A stretch of DNA of 64,000 nt, taken from UHGV virus genome UHGV-1351772; one strand, written 5' to 3'. Below the pieces are notes generated by a model that was given only the letters and a program-made list of their open reading frames with translations, did not search any database and was not told where the DNA came from. How positions within the stretch are numbered: position 1 is the stretch's first letter; each line of letters starts with the position of its first letter. This document shows, piece by piece, positions 62,414-64,000 of the stretch. Origin of the DNA: a virus. The translations under genes and the position numbers were made by a program.

Positions 62414-63927
62414 TCAAGCTCCTTATCCGTCAATATTCGTTTGTTTGAATAATAGCCGCACCACAACCCATGATATTTTTCCCCAATATAAACCAACGCG
62501 TACTCGATATACTGCCGTTCTGGACGCCGTACCGCCACGTAGAATCGTCCTTCTGGTTCTTTCATACGGTTGATTTCCGTACGCGTCGGTATGTCGATAC
62601 CACGAGTAAGGATAGTTTTAACCTTGTTTTTACTACCAGGGATATGGATGGTTACGTCAAAACCTTTATCTACGTTACGATAAAAATCTTTCTTCGGCTT
62701 ACCTTTCTCATCGTAAAGCAGGTCAGTAATGTCGTTCATCACGACTGAGTTTTTCCCTTCCATGGCATCGCGTAACCAACCTGCAAGCTCATCACGAATC
62801 GTAATGCAGCGATAAGACAATAACGCGGGACGAAGAATTCGTGTAATCGAAAGATCTTCAAACATCCATAGGTTTTTGTCTTCGCTAAAATGCATCCGAT
62901 CGACAGGAATACCGTTACCTGCGGCTTCTGCGAACTTCTTACGTTTTACGAATAAGTTAAAAACAACGGCGATGGGATCAAACTGACGTAAACGGGGCAC
63001 CCCTTCCCACGCTTTCGCAGAGTGGGTATTTACCAACTCGTATACGTTGTTCCATGGTTCTTTGGTAAACATTACGCAGAATTGCGCGTCTGGAATGTAC
63101 TTACCAACGAAGACGATATCGTCCTTCTGTTTTGCATGGTTCCCACCGAACATGTAATAAAGTTTATTACCGTTAACTGTAACAGTGGGATGCGGTTCGT
63201 TCACCATCGGGTAACAGAACTTCGTAACACAGATATCGGGAAAAGCAGACAAATTGACGCCTTCACCAACAACTTCTGGTTGCTGATCTTCCTCAGGCAT
63301 CTCGTCTTTTGACCAATACGGTGTATAGTCTAGCCCATCGCCTCGTGCCGAGATACTTGAACCCTTCCGTGCTAACTCGTCGGCACGCTCGTTTCCATAA
63401 CGTCCTGAATGCCCTTTAATTTTAAGGACACGAACACCTTTCCCTTCTTTCTTTAACCGCTGTTTAACCTCCCACATCCGTTGGATTAATTCCAAGTTCG
63501 CAATGGGCGTACCGTCTGCGCGACGCCAACCGCGTGCAGCCCAACCATCAATCCAATCGTTATACGTGTTGACAACGTAAGATGCGTCGATATAGATAAC
63601 ATAGTTTTTAGCAACGAAAGGTGCATGTTCGAAAACGGTCAGGAAAGCCACGAGTTCTGCAACGTCGGAGTGTGACATTTTTGGTACAGGCACAACACCG
63701 TCAATAAACTCCACAGCTTCTGGTAAAGATGGAAGTTTTTCATCCTTGTTTATCTGGCGGTATCCTGACGTCGTAATCCCCTCGGGAATAGAGGGATGGC
63801 GGTAAACCCGACCATCCTCAATCGTTTCACGATTAAATAAGTATCCATGAATCCCCGCTCCTGTACCGAGCGGGGAGGTCAAATGGCTACCATCCGTGTA
63901 AATTACTGCAACATCAACGTTCTTCAT
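62407..63927 (-). CDS. RNase HI domain (about aa 1-195, with an internal insert) fused to a roughly 310-aa C-terminal region of unknown function (506 aa)
   Basis: IYTDGS (D10), SDVAELVAF (E48), YIDASYV (D70), WRRADGTPIAN, IKGHSGRYGNERADELARKG (H124, D134), collinear with E. coli RnhA. Confidence 0.75.
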   Translation of the reverse strand: MKNVDVAVIYTDGSHLTSPLGTGAGIHGYLFNRETIEDGRVYRHPSIPEGITTSGYRQINKDEKLPSLPEAVEFIDGVVPVPKMSHSDVAELVAFLTVFEHAPFVAKNYVIYIDASYVVNTYNDWIDGWAARGWRRADGTPIANLELIQRMWEVKQRLKKEGKGVRVLKIKGHSGRYGNERADELARKGSSISARGDGLDYTPYWSKDEMPEEDQQPEVVGEGVNLSAFPDICVTKFCYPMVNEPHPTVTVNGNKLYYMFGGNHAKQKDDIVFVGKYIPDAQFCVMFTKEPWNNVYELVNTHSAKAWEGVPRLRQFDPIAVVFNLFVKRKKFAEAAGNGIPVDRMHFSEDKNLWMFEDLSITRILRPALLSYRCITIRDELAGWLRDAMEGKNSVVMNDITDLLYDEKGKPKKDFYRNVDKGFDVTIHIPGSKNKVKTILTRGIDIPTRTEINRMKEPEGRFYVAVRRPERQYIEYALVYIGEKYHGLWCGYYSNKRILTDKELEC

Positions 63928-63929
63928 TC

Positions 63930-64000
63930 TTAATCCCTGGTTAATTGATCACGAATCTGCGGCGCAACATACTCGCCCGTTTTCAGTTCTTCGTGACAGG
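63930..64000 (-). CDS. 3' end of an upstream gene truncated by the window edge
   Basis: The frame reading ..CHEELKTGEYVAPQIRDQLTRD* stops 3 nt before the RNase H ATG. A second frame is also open, so the call is tentative. Confidence 0.3.
   Translation of the reverse strand, partial: CHEELKTGEYVAPQIRDQLTRD

Noticed and set aside
1-64000. CRISPR arrays, integrase or transposase genes, reverse transcriptase/DGR or retron components
   Set aside because: I saw no regularly spaced direct repeats and no tyrosine- or serine-recombinase, DDE or YxDD motifs in any listed ORF. The only repeats are the short ones reported above.

Overview
This window reads as a tightly packed segment of a large virulent myophage, with more than 90 percent of the sequence coding outside one island. 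The evidence for that is a terminase large subunit, a tail sheath/tube pair, a T4 gp21-type prohead protease, and a split multisubunit RNA polymerase. The polymerase pieces are a beta-prime N-terminal fragment carrying DYDGD, a 1388-aa beta-like subunit, and a probable detached beta C-terminal fragment about 20 kb away. There is also a 2358-aa virion giant protein with a lytic transglycosylase domain next to the polymerase genes. From memory, this combination is typical of phiKZ/SPN3US-like (Chimalliviridae-type) jumbo phages. The ThyA copy looks very similar to E. coli ThyA by eye, which suggests an enterobacterial host. Both the phage family and the host are inferences, not searches. Other calls are one tRNA-Trp(CCA), an HslV-like Thr-protease, nucleotide-pool enzymes (ThyA, MazG, HD, NT5C-type HAD), a UvsX/RecA-like recombinase and an RNase HI fusion. 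I also mark many hairpin terminators and a recurring promoter-like motif. The most unusual items are four. (1) A 1.7-kb ORF-poor island (4627-6361) has hairpin-dense GC-rich flanks, a 96-nt pure A/T run bracketed by alternating-CG palindromes and 10-bp direct repeats, 12 GATC sites and iteron-like repeats. (2) A cluster at 46.9-49.9 kb holds by-eye matches to a degenerate MazG, a membrane-anchored HEPN (Rx4H), ASCH, CYTH and NADAR; the CYTH and NADAR genes are translationally coupled. (3) Tandem paralogs share a C-terminal AAHIRRAHW(K/R)R motif. (4) An HslV-like protease gene has the tRNA directly downstream of it. I saw no CRISPR array, integrase, transposase or reverse transcriptase. All domain calls are motif matches made by eye and need HMM or structure confirmation.
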